DNA of 64,000 bases from Paraspadella gotoi (Eukaryota > Animalia > Chaetognatha), in NCBI GenBank assembly GCA_051294375.1, contig CM119270.1:10088984-10152983 (forward strand), given 5' to 3'. Shown here piece by piece: positions 11,062 to 22,000 of this stretch; the stretch's first letter is position 1; each line of letters opens with the position of its first letter. Position numbers and translations under genes: made by a program. Below the pieces are notes generated by a model. The model did no database searches. It had not been told where the DNA came from and was given only the letters and a program-made list of their open reading frames with translations.

Positions 11062-12504
11062 AGGATAATGGAAACCGTGAGAGAGAAAGAAAGAATGAAT
11101 GAATGAACGAATTAATGAATGAAAGAATAAATGAATGAATGAATAAATGAACCAACAAACAAACAAAGACTTCTTCCACTCCACAAGAATCATGGAACTG
11201 GAGGCGCAGATCCGTTCGCTGGATACGCTGTTGGTGCAGAGGCAAGAGGCCGAGCAAGACGCCTATCAGCAGATCAAGGTGAACAATGCAATTTTCTTAA
11301 AACGAATTATTAATACTATTAACTTAATTTTTTTTTCATTCAAAGGCGCTGCAATCAGAACGCGCCGACCTGCAGGACTGCATTGCTACGCTGCAGAGGA
11401 AGATCGCCAACACAGAGACTGAGCTGAGCGAGGTTTCCAAGACGTCCGTGGCCCTGGAGAAGGAGAGGCGAGATCTGGCCAAGAACTACGACAAGATCAT
11501 GAGGGAGAAGATGAACCAAGAGATGGCACACAACAAGGTGGGCTTCGTATATAAACGTGTGCTCCGCAAGTGTCGAAATTGTGTCGAGTTTTAACTAGGA
11601 GGAGTAGAATTTATGAATCCCTCGTTAACATTTAAAACATAATTCTATTTTTTTTATTTCTTTATTCATACATTTTTTAAATTTTAACCGTGACCCCTCT
11701 TTTTTCAGGCCCTTACCGAGCGCGAAGCTCTCGAACTTGCCTTCCGCAAATTGGAGGAGGAGAACGCAGAGCTCAACAAGCAGCTGGAGTCGCTTCAGTC
11801 CGGACTGGCGGAGGCTGAACAGGTAAAATTGATTTGGTAATCAATTTAAATGGACTGTAATTGTTTGTCCATAACAAGCATAAACTGTAAAACTAGAGAA
11901 CCGATTTTGAAACTGCTCCCCCTCTGATCAACAGGCACACGCCCAACGTCTGATCGATCTGACCACGCGTCACCGGCAAGAGACGGAGGCGGAGACGGAG
12001 CGTTTTCGCACGGCGCAATTGGAAGCCGAGCGGCGCATGGACACCAGGGAGCGCAGCCATCGTCAACGTATCAAGGGTCTGGAAGAGACCATCTCCACCC
12101 TTAAGGACCAGCTGGCCCAGGAGATCACCAAGCGGCAGTACTACATTACCCGGTTCCCCATGGGCCCGCCGGTTCACCCGGTCCCCGTGGGTCATCCCGT
12201 TCACCCGGCCGACCCCATGGCGCTGAGGAGCGTGGCCATCGCAGAGGCGGAAGCGGCGGCGGCGGCTGAGAAAGAGTCTGCGGCTGCGGCAGAGAAGGAG
12301 GCGGCGGCTGCGACCGCGGCGGCTGAGGCCGCGCCGGCGGCCGAGGCTCCCTCCGAGCCGCAGCGGGCGAGACGGTTGTCTCCCACGCGAGCAGCGGCCT
12401 TGAGGAACCTCTCGCCTTTGGGGCTGCGTTCCATCGGTGCCAGGACGGCAGTTTCGCCATCTCCGAGCCGGGCCAACATCACGCTCAAGCGATACAAGAA
12501 GTAG
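1..12504 (+). CDS. CROCC: Rootletin (ciliary rootlet coiled-coil protein), 5'-partial multi-exon gene
   Basis: Exons joined by hand at GT-AG boundaries: <1-74, 704-823, 945-1040, 1154-1212, 1344-1482, 1839-1976, 2178-2350, 2483-2591, 2658-2822, 2966-3124, 5369-5584, 5669-5803, 6254-6396, 6576-6717, 6800-6932, 7251-7492, 7595-7814, 8282-8565, 8810-10426, 10517-10714, 10779-10951, 11188-11278, 11346-11537, 11709-11822, 11935-12504. The total from nt 3 is 5700 nt, in frame to TAG. Peptides VNAMLREQLDQA..NQAL, W..EEESFN.FF..EHSRLL.LWR.VV.FRR, ALNEGLGQDK.ELN.LV and RERSHRQRIKGLEE match rootletin motifs as recalled. Confidence 0.93.
704..823 (+). CDS. CROCC: rootletin exon
   Basis: aag|ALTADIAKLTADW...FFSQ|gtgtgt. 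Confidence 0.9.
945..1040 (+). CDS. CROCC: rootletin exon
   Basis: cag|EHSRLLSLWREVVSFRRQFGEMK...LGK|gtaagt. Confidence 0.92.
1154..1212 (+). CDS. CROCC: rootletin exon
   Basis: cag|VRAEVTKASRTMHSAMQAL|gtaagt, phase 2 end. Confidence 0.88.
1344..1482 (+). CDS. CROCC: rootletin exon
   Basis: aag|STLRMSDMEK...AEELK|gtaaag. Confidence 0.85.
1571..1670. repeat. (GAAA)n microsatellite
   Basis: Direct reading; another copy at about 10980-11062. Confidence 0.95.
1839..1976 (+). CDS. CROCC: rootletin exon
   Basis: cag|ERLHDKITQLNV...SDAV|gtgagt. Confidence 0.87.
2178..2350 (+). CDS. CROCC: rootletin exon
   Basis: cag|VALEGK...QEALRGIAETLMSDAE...SPLR|gtgaga. Confidence 0.87.
2483..2591 (+). CDS. 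CROCC: rootletin exon
   Basis: cag|SSPSRA...AVQQALTKRQNQLQ|gtgaaa. Confidence 0.88.
2658..2822 (+). CDS. CROCC: rootletin exon
   Basis: cag|DARSKLMAEK...GIDK|gttgcc. Confidence 0.85.
2966..3124 (+). CDS. CROCC: rootletin exon
   Basis: cag|IRVANALN...LQRQRDNLE|gtaaaa. Confidence 0.87.
3695..3955 (-). mobile_element. Degenerate Penelope-like retroelement reverse transcriptase fragment in rootletin intron
   Basis: The minus ORF reads QTLGISIG...IANMLLFYFE...RYIDDLF...IYPAALTV, the Q..G..MG / AN..L...E / RYIDD / IYP..L pattern of PLE RTs. Adjacent 3385-3625 is homologous to 55570-55715 and 56383-56425. Confidence 0.75.
5369..5584 (+). CDS. CROCC: rootletin exon
   Basis: cag|DEKDDVVKD...KAEIK|gttggg. 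Confidence 0.88.
5669..5803 (+). CDS. CROCC: rootletin exon
   Basis: aag|VSELELE...ALNEGLGQDKIELNKLVAQ|gtggct. Confidence 0.9.
6254..6396 (+). CDS. CROCC: rootletin exon
   Basis: aag|LEAERDELL...LEQQL|gttggt. Confidence 0.85.
6576..6717 (+). CDS. CROCC: rootletin exon
   Basis: cag|LTEAQLESREEE...ARQE|gtaaag. Confidence 0.88.
6800..6932 (+). CDS. CROCC: rootletin exon
   Basis: tag|VEAKQ...KEKGNLIVQLTAAERDNR...IA|gtaagg. Confidence 0.88.
7251..7492 (+). CDS. CROCC: rootletin exon
   Basis: cag|LKGDKENLETALYETQQ...QLEGENQEL...QFE|gtaatg. Confidence 0.9.
7595..7814 (+). CDS. CROCC: rootletin exon
   Basis: cag|VKLKALNQHHEED...LQRDRDESII|gtaagt. Confidence 0.9.
8282..8565 (+). CDS. CROCC: rootletin exon
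   Basis: cag|AENEKQQQLS...ERAK|gtatga. Confidence 0.9.
8810..10426 (+). CDS. CROCC: rootletin large central exon
   Basis: Core of ORF 8792-10489 (coiled coil), bounded by aag| and CAG|gttaat. Confidence 0.92.
10517..10714 (+). CDS. CROCC: rootletin exon
   Basis: cag|VLKNRVD...SLALTIDRL...TSLQ|gttctt. Confidence 0.88.
10779..10951 (+). CDS. CROCC: rootletin exon
   Basis: cag|DKISELQKALTASENDRRVVQEKLD...|gttggg. Confidence 0.88.
11188..11278 (+). CDS. CROCC: rootletin exon
   Basis: aag|IMELEAQ...QRQEAEQ...QIK|gtgaac. Confidence 0.85.
11346..11537 (+). CDS. CROCC: rootletin exon
   Basis: aag|ALQSERADLQ...HNK|gtgggc. Confidence 0.87.
11709..11822 (+). CDS. CROCC: rootletin exon
   Basis: cag|ALTEREALE...LAEAEQ|gtaaaa. 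Confidence 0.88.
11935..12504 (+). CDS. CROCC: rootletin terminal coding exon
   Basis: cag|AHAQRLIDLTTRHR...RERSHRQRIKGLEE...KRYKK-TAG. Confidence 0.9.
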   Translation, partial: AHAQRLIDLTTRHRQETEAETERFRTAQLEAERRMDTRERSHRQRIKGLEETISTLKDQLAQEITKRQYYITRFPMGPPVHPVPVGHPVHPADPMALRSVAIAEAEAAAAAEKESAAAAEKEAAAATAAAEAAPAAEAPSEPQRARRLSPTRAAALRNLSPLGLRSIGARTAVSPSPSRANITLKRYKK

Positions 12505-13034
12505 TGGGCGGGGCTCTTGAACCTGAAACTCGCGACGAGGACGTCGACGACAGCGTCGTCGTCGTTCCATCGTGAATCTGTACACTGGACTGGTTACGTT
12601 CTCCTTGTTTTTTTGGAACTTGTAGTATCTTTCCGAAGGTAGCAACAGTAGCATAATCCATGATCTGTGTTTTGATGTATTTTTTTTCCATATAATACAA
12701 CGAATTACTACATGCGCAAACAAACTTTCCTCATCATCTTCCACCAAAAAAAATGAATCATGTGTGAATTATGAATAATATTGTTTTTTTAACGGTTTTG
12801 TACTTATTATTGCAATATGAAAAAATGCGTTCCCAGCTTTTTAAATATCGTTTGTAATTCTTTGTTTTTAACTGTGGCCGATACTGTCGTATTTTGTATG
12901 TAAATGGAACCAAGGCCATTCCCTTCGTTGCTGTCGTAATTAATTTATTTCACTAACCAAAAAAAAAAAACAACCAAGAATCCGCACCTGTTTGCTGTGA
13001 CAAAATGGAAACCTTAATTTTGGGAAGAATGAAG

Positions 13035-13040
13035 AATAAA
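13035..13040 (+). terminator. Candidate polyadenylation signal for rootletin
   Basis: AATAAA about 530 nt after the stop codon, following a T-rich 3'UTR-like stretch. Confidence 0.4.
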
Positions 13041-13604
13041 TTTGCAGAAAATCTGGTCACTAAAAAGGAACACCCGGACAAAAGATAATTAACTTACATG
13101 AAACGACCTCTACGAAACTGTCGAAAATGTATATTTCTTAATCGGTATGCAATCCTAGTCATTAAGCATATTTTAGGTGATTTTGATTAATCCTTGTTTA
13201 ATTTTTTTGGTAACTTTTAAATGTCAGTAATATCTGCAAGAATATCCTTTTTATTCGATCTGGCGCAAAGTTGGTCACGGATTGCGATCGAACATATAAC
13301 GTGGATGAATTGTGGATAATAAATATTTTATACTGCATTTTTGTTTTTTATAAAAATTTGAGCAGTTAATACTAAATGATTTTTTCATCACTATTTTTGG
13401 CGAGATCATGAAAAACTGAGTTAGAAAAAAGGGCTCTCTTTTTCGATAGTGCCCCATTTCTGTACGTTTATCCCAGAATTTAATTTTAGTATTCAATTTA
13501 AAAATATTCTTAAATTTATAAACCAAAACTAAACCCTAATCTCTAACCCTATCATAATCCACCATATTTCAATCATTTTAATCTTTACTTGTTTTTTTCG
13601 TCCG

Positions 13605-13726
<122 letters not shown>

Positions 13727-14247
13727 CTCCTCATTTCTCTTCATTTCTCATTTCGTATGGGGACCGCTTGGGCGAAGCACTGGTTCTCTACTGGCTTTAG
13801 TTAAATAAAAGATCCCAGCTCAGCTTTTGAAAAACTTTCATCAGTAAATAATTTTAAATGCTCAACATAATTTCTATTTGTATTTGTATTTTTATAAATT
13901 CAAAATACATAGGAAATATATAAAATGACCAATGAATCATGAAAAGTAAGAATTGATTATTTTAAAACTGATGCCATGAAGGGGGTCTTGAACTTATCAC
14001 TATCAGGGAAAAACAGGCGTGATCTGGAAAACAAAACGATTATTACGTTTTTAATAAAGGAATGTGCTAAAGAATAAGTTGAAAATTCTCTTTTTAAAAT
14101 ATTTACATATAACGAAATTAAACAACACTAAGACACATCAAACCTTATTATCAAGCAATTATAATAATTACGACTACATACAATTTAAATCTTAATTTAT
14201 AATTAAAGTAGTAATTTATTATCCGTTTCTGCTCAGCCCTCACTAAT

Positions 14248-14293
<46 letters not shown>

Positions 14294-15947
14294 TAAATCT
14301 ATCTTTTTTACTCTCCCTCCCCGCCTGTCATTTCTAGAATCTCGTCCCAATGGCTTCACCGACAATTTCTTTGAATGATGAATCGTCGTCATCGTCGCCT
14401 TCGTCGTCCTACGCGTCTTACGTCGTTTTTCTTCCTTCGCAGAATTCTGGGTCCATTTTTCAAGCGGCGTGGTTTCTTCAGAGGGATGACGTACGTAGTT
14501 TGGCTCCGTTTTTCGTCGGTGTCGTTTTGTCGCTCTGGTAGTAATCGTTTACCGACGTTGTTTTGATATTGATAATAGTTTTTTTTTACGTATACGTAAA
14601 CATGTTTTTCAGTATGTCGCTTTTTGTTTTTTAAATCACTGTCATTAATCGACATAATTTATGTAGACACGTTTCACACAAATGAAAGAAGCCGTAGGAT
14701 TTTTCACGAAACATTGATTCTCTAAAAGTCTATTGTGAATTTGTGATAGTGGCTCCCCTTTGTTTTTGGGATCAAGAAGCCTTTGTTCTTGTTCAACTTT
14801 TTGTTTCACGTCTTCTACACTAATTATCAAAAAGCGTGGTTGGGTGTCGTTTTTGTTTGTTGTTCCCAAAAAGAGCCGTTTCTTAAAATCAAATTGACAG
14901 CTAATCCTATTTGATTATTCGGCTTGTTAGGTTAGCTACATAAATTTGCTAATCAATGCGCGTCGCGAGAATTTATAACTTTCAGATATTTGTTTTGATT
15001 TAAAACTTAATTCATATTCCTTATTGTAATAGCAATCCATCGTGGTCACCCATAATTCGGACCTTCATTGTTTGATTTTACTCTTTACCCATCGTAATTC
15101 GTCATCATTCTTCGTTTTCGATTTTTCTAGAGAAAGAGAAGGGTGGATAGGGGGAGTGAGGGACTGAGTGTGAGAGAAAGAGAGTGACAGAGGAAGAGAT
15201 GCCTTTTCCGGACTCTCGGATTATCTATGATTTAAAGTTTTGAACCCTAAGATACGAACGACATAAACGACCTTCGAGAACTGTTCTCTTGTTTCTCCTT
15301 TCTACTAATATCCAGGGTCACGTGACCAAGGTTCGAGATCATTCTTCGCTTTAAATCGCTCAAAATTATCCATCGATATGCTGATGAACTTAAATATCCC
15401 TACAACAATCTACGAACGGGCGCCGAATCATTGAGAACAAAACTTTTTGACTCTCTGGAGGCGACGAAATGTTTTTCTTATTTTCGATCCTTAGGTTTTT
15501 TAATCTAAACTCAGCCTTCGAACTGCGAGGAAAGTCACGTGTTCAAACTGATCCCTTTGATTGGACGACCAAATGTTCACGTGACTCGATCGTGGCCCTA
15601 TGATTAGTGTTGTGTTTGGCAGCTCTTCTCTCGATCGGTTGGCTGCGCGGAAATCCAGGCATGCGCACTCGAACCACAACCTCCTCATTGAAGAGTCGCC
15701 TCGTCGGGGAAGTTAATTTGTTGAAGACGAAACTCGTTAATATTTTATATGAATGATCGTTTAAAAACTCTTTATTAGACTTAAGGCAATACCTCAATGT
15801 ACAAAGAAACTTTTATCTATCTAATCTTTTTTCAAAAAACGTTCTTCCCTGAATAGGCCAAGGCTGTAAAAACTTTTTCGACGACGTTAACCCTCGAATC
15901 TCTCCAAGTTTGAGGAGAGTCTCACTGCTGATACTCAACTTTCGATC

Positions 15948-15956
15948 TGGGTGGCC
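15948..15956 (-). promoter_or_regulatory. GLI/Ci binding-site variant (GGCCACCCA)
   Basis: TGGGTGGCC, one mismatch to consensus TGGGTGGTC, in a CpG-rich region upstream of patched. Confidence 0.45.
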
Positions 15957-16150
15957 GAGAATAGAATCGAAAAATGGCCGTGCGTCGAAAAACCAGCCTC
16001 CAAATATGCGGATGGCGATAATAAAAATAAAATCAATGAATACAGCCTATCTTTCGTCAATACATATTTCGGTAAATCTCGTTTTAGCGGTCGACTTAAA
16101 AAGGATGAAAAATTGTGTCCGTATTTTCTTGTTCAGCTTGTGGGGCTGCT

Positions 16151-16268
<118 letters not shown>

Positions 16269-16986
16269 ATTCCATTCCATTCATCCGAAATTCTGTTTTC
16301 ACTCAGAGACGCAACGATGAACGACGAAATTCCTTTCACGTGAAAATAAGTGGCGAAGAAAAGAAAGAGAATCGTGACCTCCATTAAAGACGAACTTTTG
16401 CGAGGATTCGACGTAAAATACACTTGGAGAAGAAAGCGCGAGATGGCGAGAGACGCAACGCCGACAAAAGTTTTTGGCCCAGCGTCTCGAGTCAGCTTCG
16501 CTAAAACCAGACGTCGTACTAAAGCTTTTTCTTGAAAAGGTGAGCGGTATCTATTAGATTTTTTTAGCACTGAAAACACGTGATTCACGAAAGTGGTTGG
16601 TGAAAAACGTTGTGAGTTTTGCGGTTTTTTGTGCGGGTTTTTTTTCGGACCACACGCGCGGAGCCACCAACCTCCCCCCCCCAGATAAACATTTTCGTCT
16701 TTCATTTTTGGGTATTAAAAGCCTTTCTTCTTAAAGAGATAACCGAATATATTTAATTTTGCTAAAACAACTCCTTTGATTATTATTTCTCGATGTAAAA
16801 ATCGTTACGAAGAGAATAGCGGGGTTGTGAAAACAGTAGTCATAGTCATATAAGGTGGTTGTTTAAAGGGTGAGTAATGAAGATGAATTTGTGAGTGAAA
16901 AAAGGGTGGGTGACGACCCTAGGAATTCCGACGCCACATTTGAAAGGAGGTTTCTTGTCTCGGGAGGAGGTCTGTCTGTCTGTCTG

Positions 16987-17017
<31 letters not shown>

Positions 17018-17020
17018 CTC

Positions 17021-17066
<46 letters not shown>

Positions 17067-17144
17067 TGGGGGGAGAAAGGTTTGAAGAAATGGATCCTTT
17101 ATTTTGGTTTTTTACTCACGCACACACACGATATCTCTCTCTCT

Positions 17145-17180
<36 letters not shown>

Positions 17181-17674
17181 TTTTTCGATTATTTACATTT
17201 CTTGTCATTTTTTTCCTTCTTTTTCACGCTTATGCCGAATCCTGTGAAACCAATATTCACTCCTCACAAAAGTAAAGGGGCAAATATATAAAAAAAACTG
17301 ACTCGCTGGTTAGTTTTTTAATGTGTGGCCCGGCGATTTGTGCTTTTATCGACCGACCTTCAAATGCCTCACCTTATATGTATTTTTTACTTTAAATTCT
17401 TCCTCCCCCCTTATATCATCACGTTTATCATCGTATCTTCTTTTTATAATCTTTTTCTATTCTGCTTCCTTTCATCCTCTTCCTACTCTTCTTCCCTTTA
17501 CTCCTCCTCATCCTCTTTTTTCATTATATCGAGTTTTTACTCTGTGTCCTCCCTCGTTCTTGCGAGGAGCCCGGAGTGAATGGCTGAATCTCGTCGAAGA
17601 GCGAAAAACCCTCAGGGTTTCTTGGATCCATTTCTTATTCTTTTTCCCCTTTTTTTTTCAAAAGGGCTCTCTCT

Positions 17675-17762
17675 CTTTATTTATTTATTTATTTTTTTAT
17701 TTATTTAATTTTTTATTTATTTATTTAATTATTTATTTATTTATTTTTATTTTTTTAATTTT

Positions 17763-17861
<99 letters not shown>

Positions 17862-17867
17862 TTTTTT

Positions 17868-17910
<43 letters not shown>

Positions 17911-18230
17911 ATTTCTTTATTTCTATTTATTTATTTCTCTTTCTTTATTTCTCTTTCTTTATTTCTATTTCTCTTTCTTTATTTCTCTTTCTTTATTTCT
18001 ATTTCTATATTTTTATTTCTATTTCTTTATTTCTATTTCTTTCTTTCTCTTTCTTTATTTCTCTTTCTTTATTTCTCTTTCTTTATTTCTTTTTCTTTAT
18101 TTTTATTTCTTTATTTCTCTTTCTTTATTTCTCTATCTTTATTTCTTTATTTTTATTTCTCTATCTTTATTTCTCTTTCTTTATATCTCTTTCTTTATTT
18201 CTCTTTCTTTATCTTTCTTTATTTCTTCTC
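17675..18230. repeat. Low-complexity (TTTA)n/(TTTC)n tract, probably intronic upstream of the first patched coding exon
   Basis: Direct reading; lies upstream of the acceptor ctcatcgtag at 18390. Confidence 0.85.
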
Positions 18231-18413
18231 TCAGTCTCTCTCTTACGCTCTTTCCCCTCGAAAAAAAAAACGCATTTCGAAAGTACCGTGTGTGGAAAGC
18301 GTGTGTGTTTTTTATTCGTGCGTATTTTTTCGTGCCTCTTAAAAAGAAAGAAAATTTTAATTTAAAAGTAATAAGTGTTTCTCATCGTAGGCGGTCGACC
18401 CCGCAACTTCAGT

Positions 18414-19077
18414 ATGGACGGACCATCGAAAACTTTATTTCGCGGCTTGGGACCCGAGCTGGGTGGTCCCGGACTTCAACACGGCAGTTCTAATATACAT
18501 TCAGCCCCGACGCTGCCTACGCCGCAGCCCCCGCAGCCGCAGCATCAAAGAGGAGGAGGAGGAGGCTGCCACGGACTGCGAGGTTCAACTTTGCAAAACT
18601 ACCCTCCTCTTCCCCCGCCGCCCTCTTCATCGTCGTCGTCGTCGATTCCCCCCTCTTCGCGTCTTCTTCGCCCATCTCCTCACCACCCTCCTCGTCCTCC
18701 TCATCCTCCTCTTCCTCTCGAAACTCCTCAACCCTCGACTTCGAGCAAAACCAATTCATCTTCCCCGGGTTCGAATTCGACTTCAGGAATTCGTAGCAAT
18801 ACTACATCATCTTGCCTTACATCCTCCTCCTCCCCCTCCTCCTCCCTCGCAACGACGACGTCGTCGTCGTCGTCGTCGTCGTCCTCGCAGGGAAAACTTC
18901 TTCAGTTCTCGCCTTCTTACTCGGGAATTCCTTCCGCGAAATGTAACAACTCAAACCTTCCTCAAACGGACGTTCAAGGGAGATCCTTTTATCACCATCA
19001 TCACCGACCGCAGTCGCAACAAAAACCACTTCAACAGCACGGTCCCCTTTTCGCGGCGGCGTCTTTGGGTTCCATCG
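18414..19077 (+). CDS. ptc: patched first putative coding exon (low-complexity Pro/Ser-rich)
   Basis: Open frame with phase-compatible splice to 19171; no recognisable domain. Confidence 0.65.
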
Positions 19078-22000
19078 GTGCGTTCTTGCTGAAAATGTTG
19101 ATTGATAAGCAATAAATTAATAGTAATGATTTGTATAAATATTCTTTAGTCATGAAATTGCTTTTATCAGGTGGCCACCAACCTCCGCGAGACACTCGTG
19201 CGCGTCTCATGAAGAGCCCTGCATTAGGTCGCGCATCCAGCCTGTCGTCGTCCACGGCGACGACTCCGGGCAACAACCTTCCTTCGCAGCGCGTCGTCAA
19301 CTTCGTCGCTCGGTCAGGCGCCGGCGGCGTTCCTGCGGCGTTGACGGGGCATTACCCTTCTAACGTCTCGACATCTTCGACTCAAATTCCAAATTTTTTT
19401 GCGACGCCGACGACGACGTTAACTGCGACGACGACGACAACGACGTGTCCAAATGGGATTATTCCTAAGGATTACTCAGTTAATAAAAAACCCTTGTCTA
19501 CGGTGACGACGACGACGACAACTACGTCTAGGGACCCGATTACGTCGGGAGAGACTTCTGGGGACGTCGACTCGTCCTCTCGGTCGCCTTCGCCGACTTG
19601 GCCGCCCGGGGAGCTCCTCGAACCGAGTCTCCAGCCTGCCGTCGACGACTCGACGACGATGGTCAGTTCAACTATTCCTACCTCCACTGCCAGTGCCTCT
19701 TCCGATCGACGATCACGTTCCGCCTCGGCCCAGATCAATAACAACAACAACAACAATGGAAACGTTTTAAACGACAATCTTTACCTTAGCCCAAACCTTC
19801 ATCCTCACTCTCAACAACATCAGTGTCAAACTCTTCCAATGACTTCGCCTCACCCTCCTCACCTTTCCATCGACCACAACGAAGCCAGTTTCAACCTTTT
19901 CCTCCCTCGCCAAAAGAGCAGCAATAACTCTCTGCTTTCATCGTCGACTCGTTGTTGCGCCGTGTGTGGCCCTGGAACCGAGGCGGCGACCGCCGCAGGG
20001 GGAAGCAGAGTAGCCGCCGCCGCCGCGGAGGTCTTCTCCTCCTCCTCGAGTCGCTCGGCAGCTGCCGAGGCCTCGTCGACTTCCGCAGCCGCCGCGGCAG
20101 TAGCTTCTTCGACTCTCGCGGGTAACAAAGCTGCCTCGAATGCTAAGCCCTCCTTTGGCAGCAGCGGTGGCAGCAGCAGTAGCAGCAACCTTACTTGCAC
20201 CAACAGAGGCAGTAAAGGAAACTTTCGCAGCGGCGGCGGCGACGGCAGTAAGATTGTCCCAGGCCACCAAGGAAGAAAAACCTTCTCTATAGGTGGCGAC
20301 GACGGCGCCGCGGCTCCTTCGTCGTCTTCTACAAAGCCTTCCGTCACTCCCCTTTCGAACGATGACGAAAACGCGAGATCGTCCTCCTCTTCGGCCTCAA
20401 CCGGATCCCTCGAAACTCTCGCCGACGACGACGACGAGATGCATTTCCGGCCGACCTGGTGCGACGCCGAACTCGTCTACCGGGAGATCGAACGCGGCCG
20501 GGCTGCCGGAAACGTCAAATCACTCTGGCTTCGCTCCAAGATTCAAGAAAAGTTTTGCTCTCTTGGTCTGAGAATCTACCAACACGCCGGAAAGTACATT
20601 TTTCTCGGCCTTTTGATTCTCAGTCTAGCTTGCGTCGGACTGAAGACCGCAAAGCTGGAGACGAATGTGGAGAAACTATGGGTCAAAACCGACGGCGAGT
20701 TGGAGCGAGAGTTGAAGTACCTGCAAAATCAGCTCGGCGAGAGGAGCAGCGGCAACATCAACATGGAGATTTTGATACAGACTGGTTCCGGAAAGTCGCG
20801 CCGCTATGGAACGAACCAGTTGACTCAAGAGGCCTTGTTGGTGCATCTCGACGCCGCGATGGCCGCCATAAACACGGAGGTCTTCGTCGACGATGTGAAA
20901 TTCACCATTGAAGACATTTGCTACAAACCAAATTTCCCGGACTTTGACAATCCCATGGTGGCGACGTTCACCGAAAAATTTCTACCCTGCGCCATAATTA
21001 CTCCCCTCGATTGCTTTTGGGAAGGATCGAAATTGCTCGGCCCCAAAAACCCCCTCACCGTTCCATTTCAGCCCAATAAGCTGGTGTGGACGACGCTGAA
21101 CCCTTCGATCCTTCTGGATAACATCGCCATAAACTACGACGTCGCCGCCTTTAAAGACATCTTCACTCGCGCCGGTATTTCCTCGGGATATCAAGAAAAA
21201 CCTTGTTTAAATCCCCAAGACCCCCAGTGTCCTCGCACGGCGCCCAACAAGAAAAGCTCAAGGATTCCCGACGTTGGTTCGGAGCTCAGCGGCGGTTGCT
21301 ATGGATACGCGTCCAAATACATGCACTGGAAGGAGCCACTCATCATGGGCGGGATCAAGAAAAATCGAACTCACTACATTCAGCAGGCGGAGGCGTTGCA
21401 GACGGTTATTCAGTTGATGGGTGAGGACGAGATGTACGACTATCACAAAGCCACAAAAAAGGTGTCCTCCGTGAATCCCTGGTCCGTAGACAAAGCCCGC
21501 GACGTCCTGCGTTATTGGCAACGAAATTATACTCAAAACGTTCTTGTGGCGGTGAACACTTCCAAACATCACAAAATTCACACCTTCACCACTACCTCAT
21601 TCGAAGACATTCTTCAAGATTTCTCCCAAATAAGCATACTCAGGGTGGCCGTCGGTTTCGTTCTGATTCTCGTCTACGCTTGCGTATCTATGCTTCGGTG
21701 GAAGGACGGAATACACTCTCAGTGCAGCATTGCCGTGGCCGGCATCCTGCTCGTGGCACTTTCCATCGCCTCCGCCCTGGGATTATGTTCCGTCTTGGGA
21801 TCGGTCTTCAACGCGGCCACCACTCAAATTTTGCCTTTCCTTTCCTTGGGTTTGGGTGTGGACGACATGTTCCTTTTGGCCTCTACTTACCTCACGCTCT
21901 CTAAATCCAAAACGACCTTACCCTATGAGACCTGGGTGGGAGAAATTCTCAAGAGATGCGGGATTAGCGTCGCCCTGAAATCCCTTTCATCGGCGACTGC

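Noticed and set aside
12502-12645. Stop-codon readthrough of rootletin
   Set aside because: The frame stays open about 45 codons, but the TAG-T context is not a known leaky motif and there is no other support
11893-12747. 284-aa minus-strand ORF
   Set aside because: Antisense shadow of the GC-rich last rootletin exon
17323-18342. 339-aa F/L/I/Y-rich 'membrane protein' ORF
   Set aside because: Translation of (TTTA)n/(TTTC)n microsatellite
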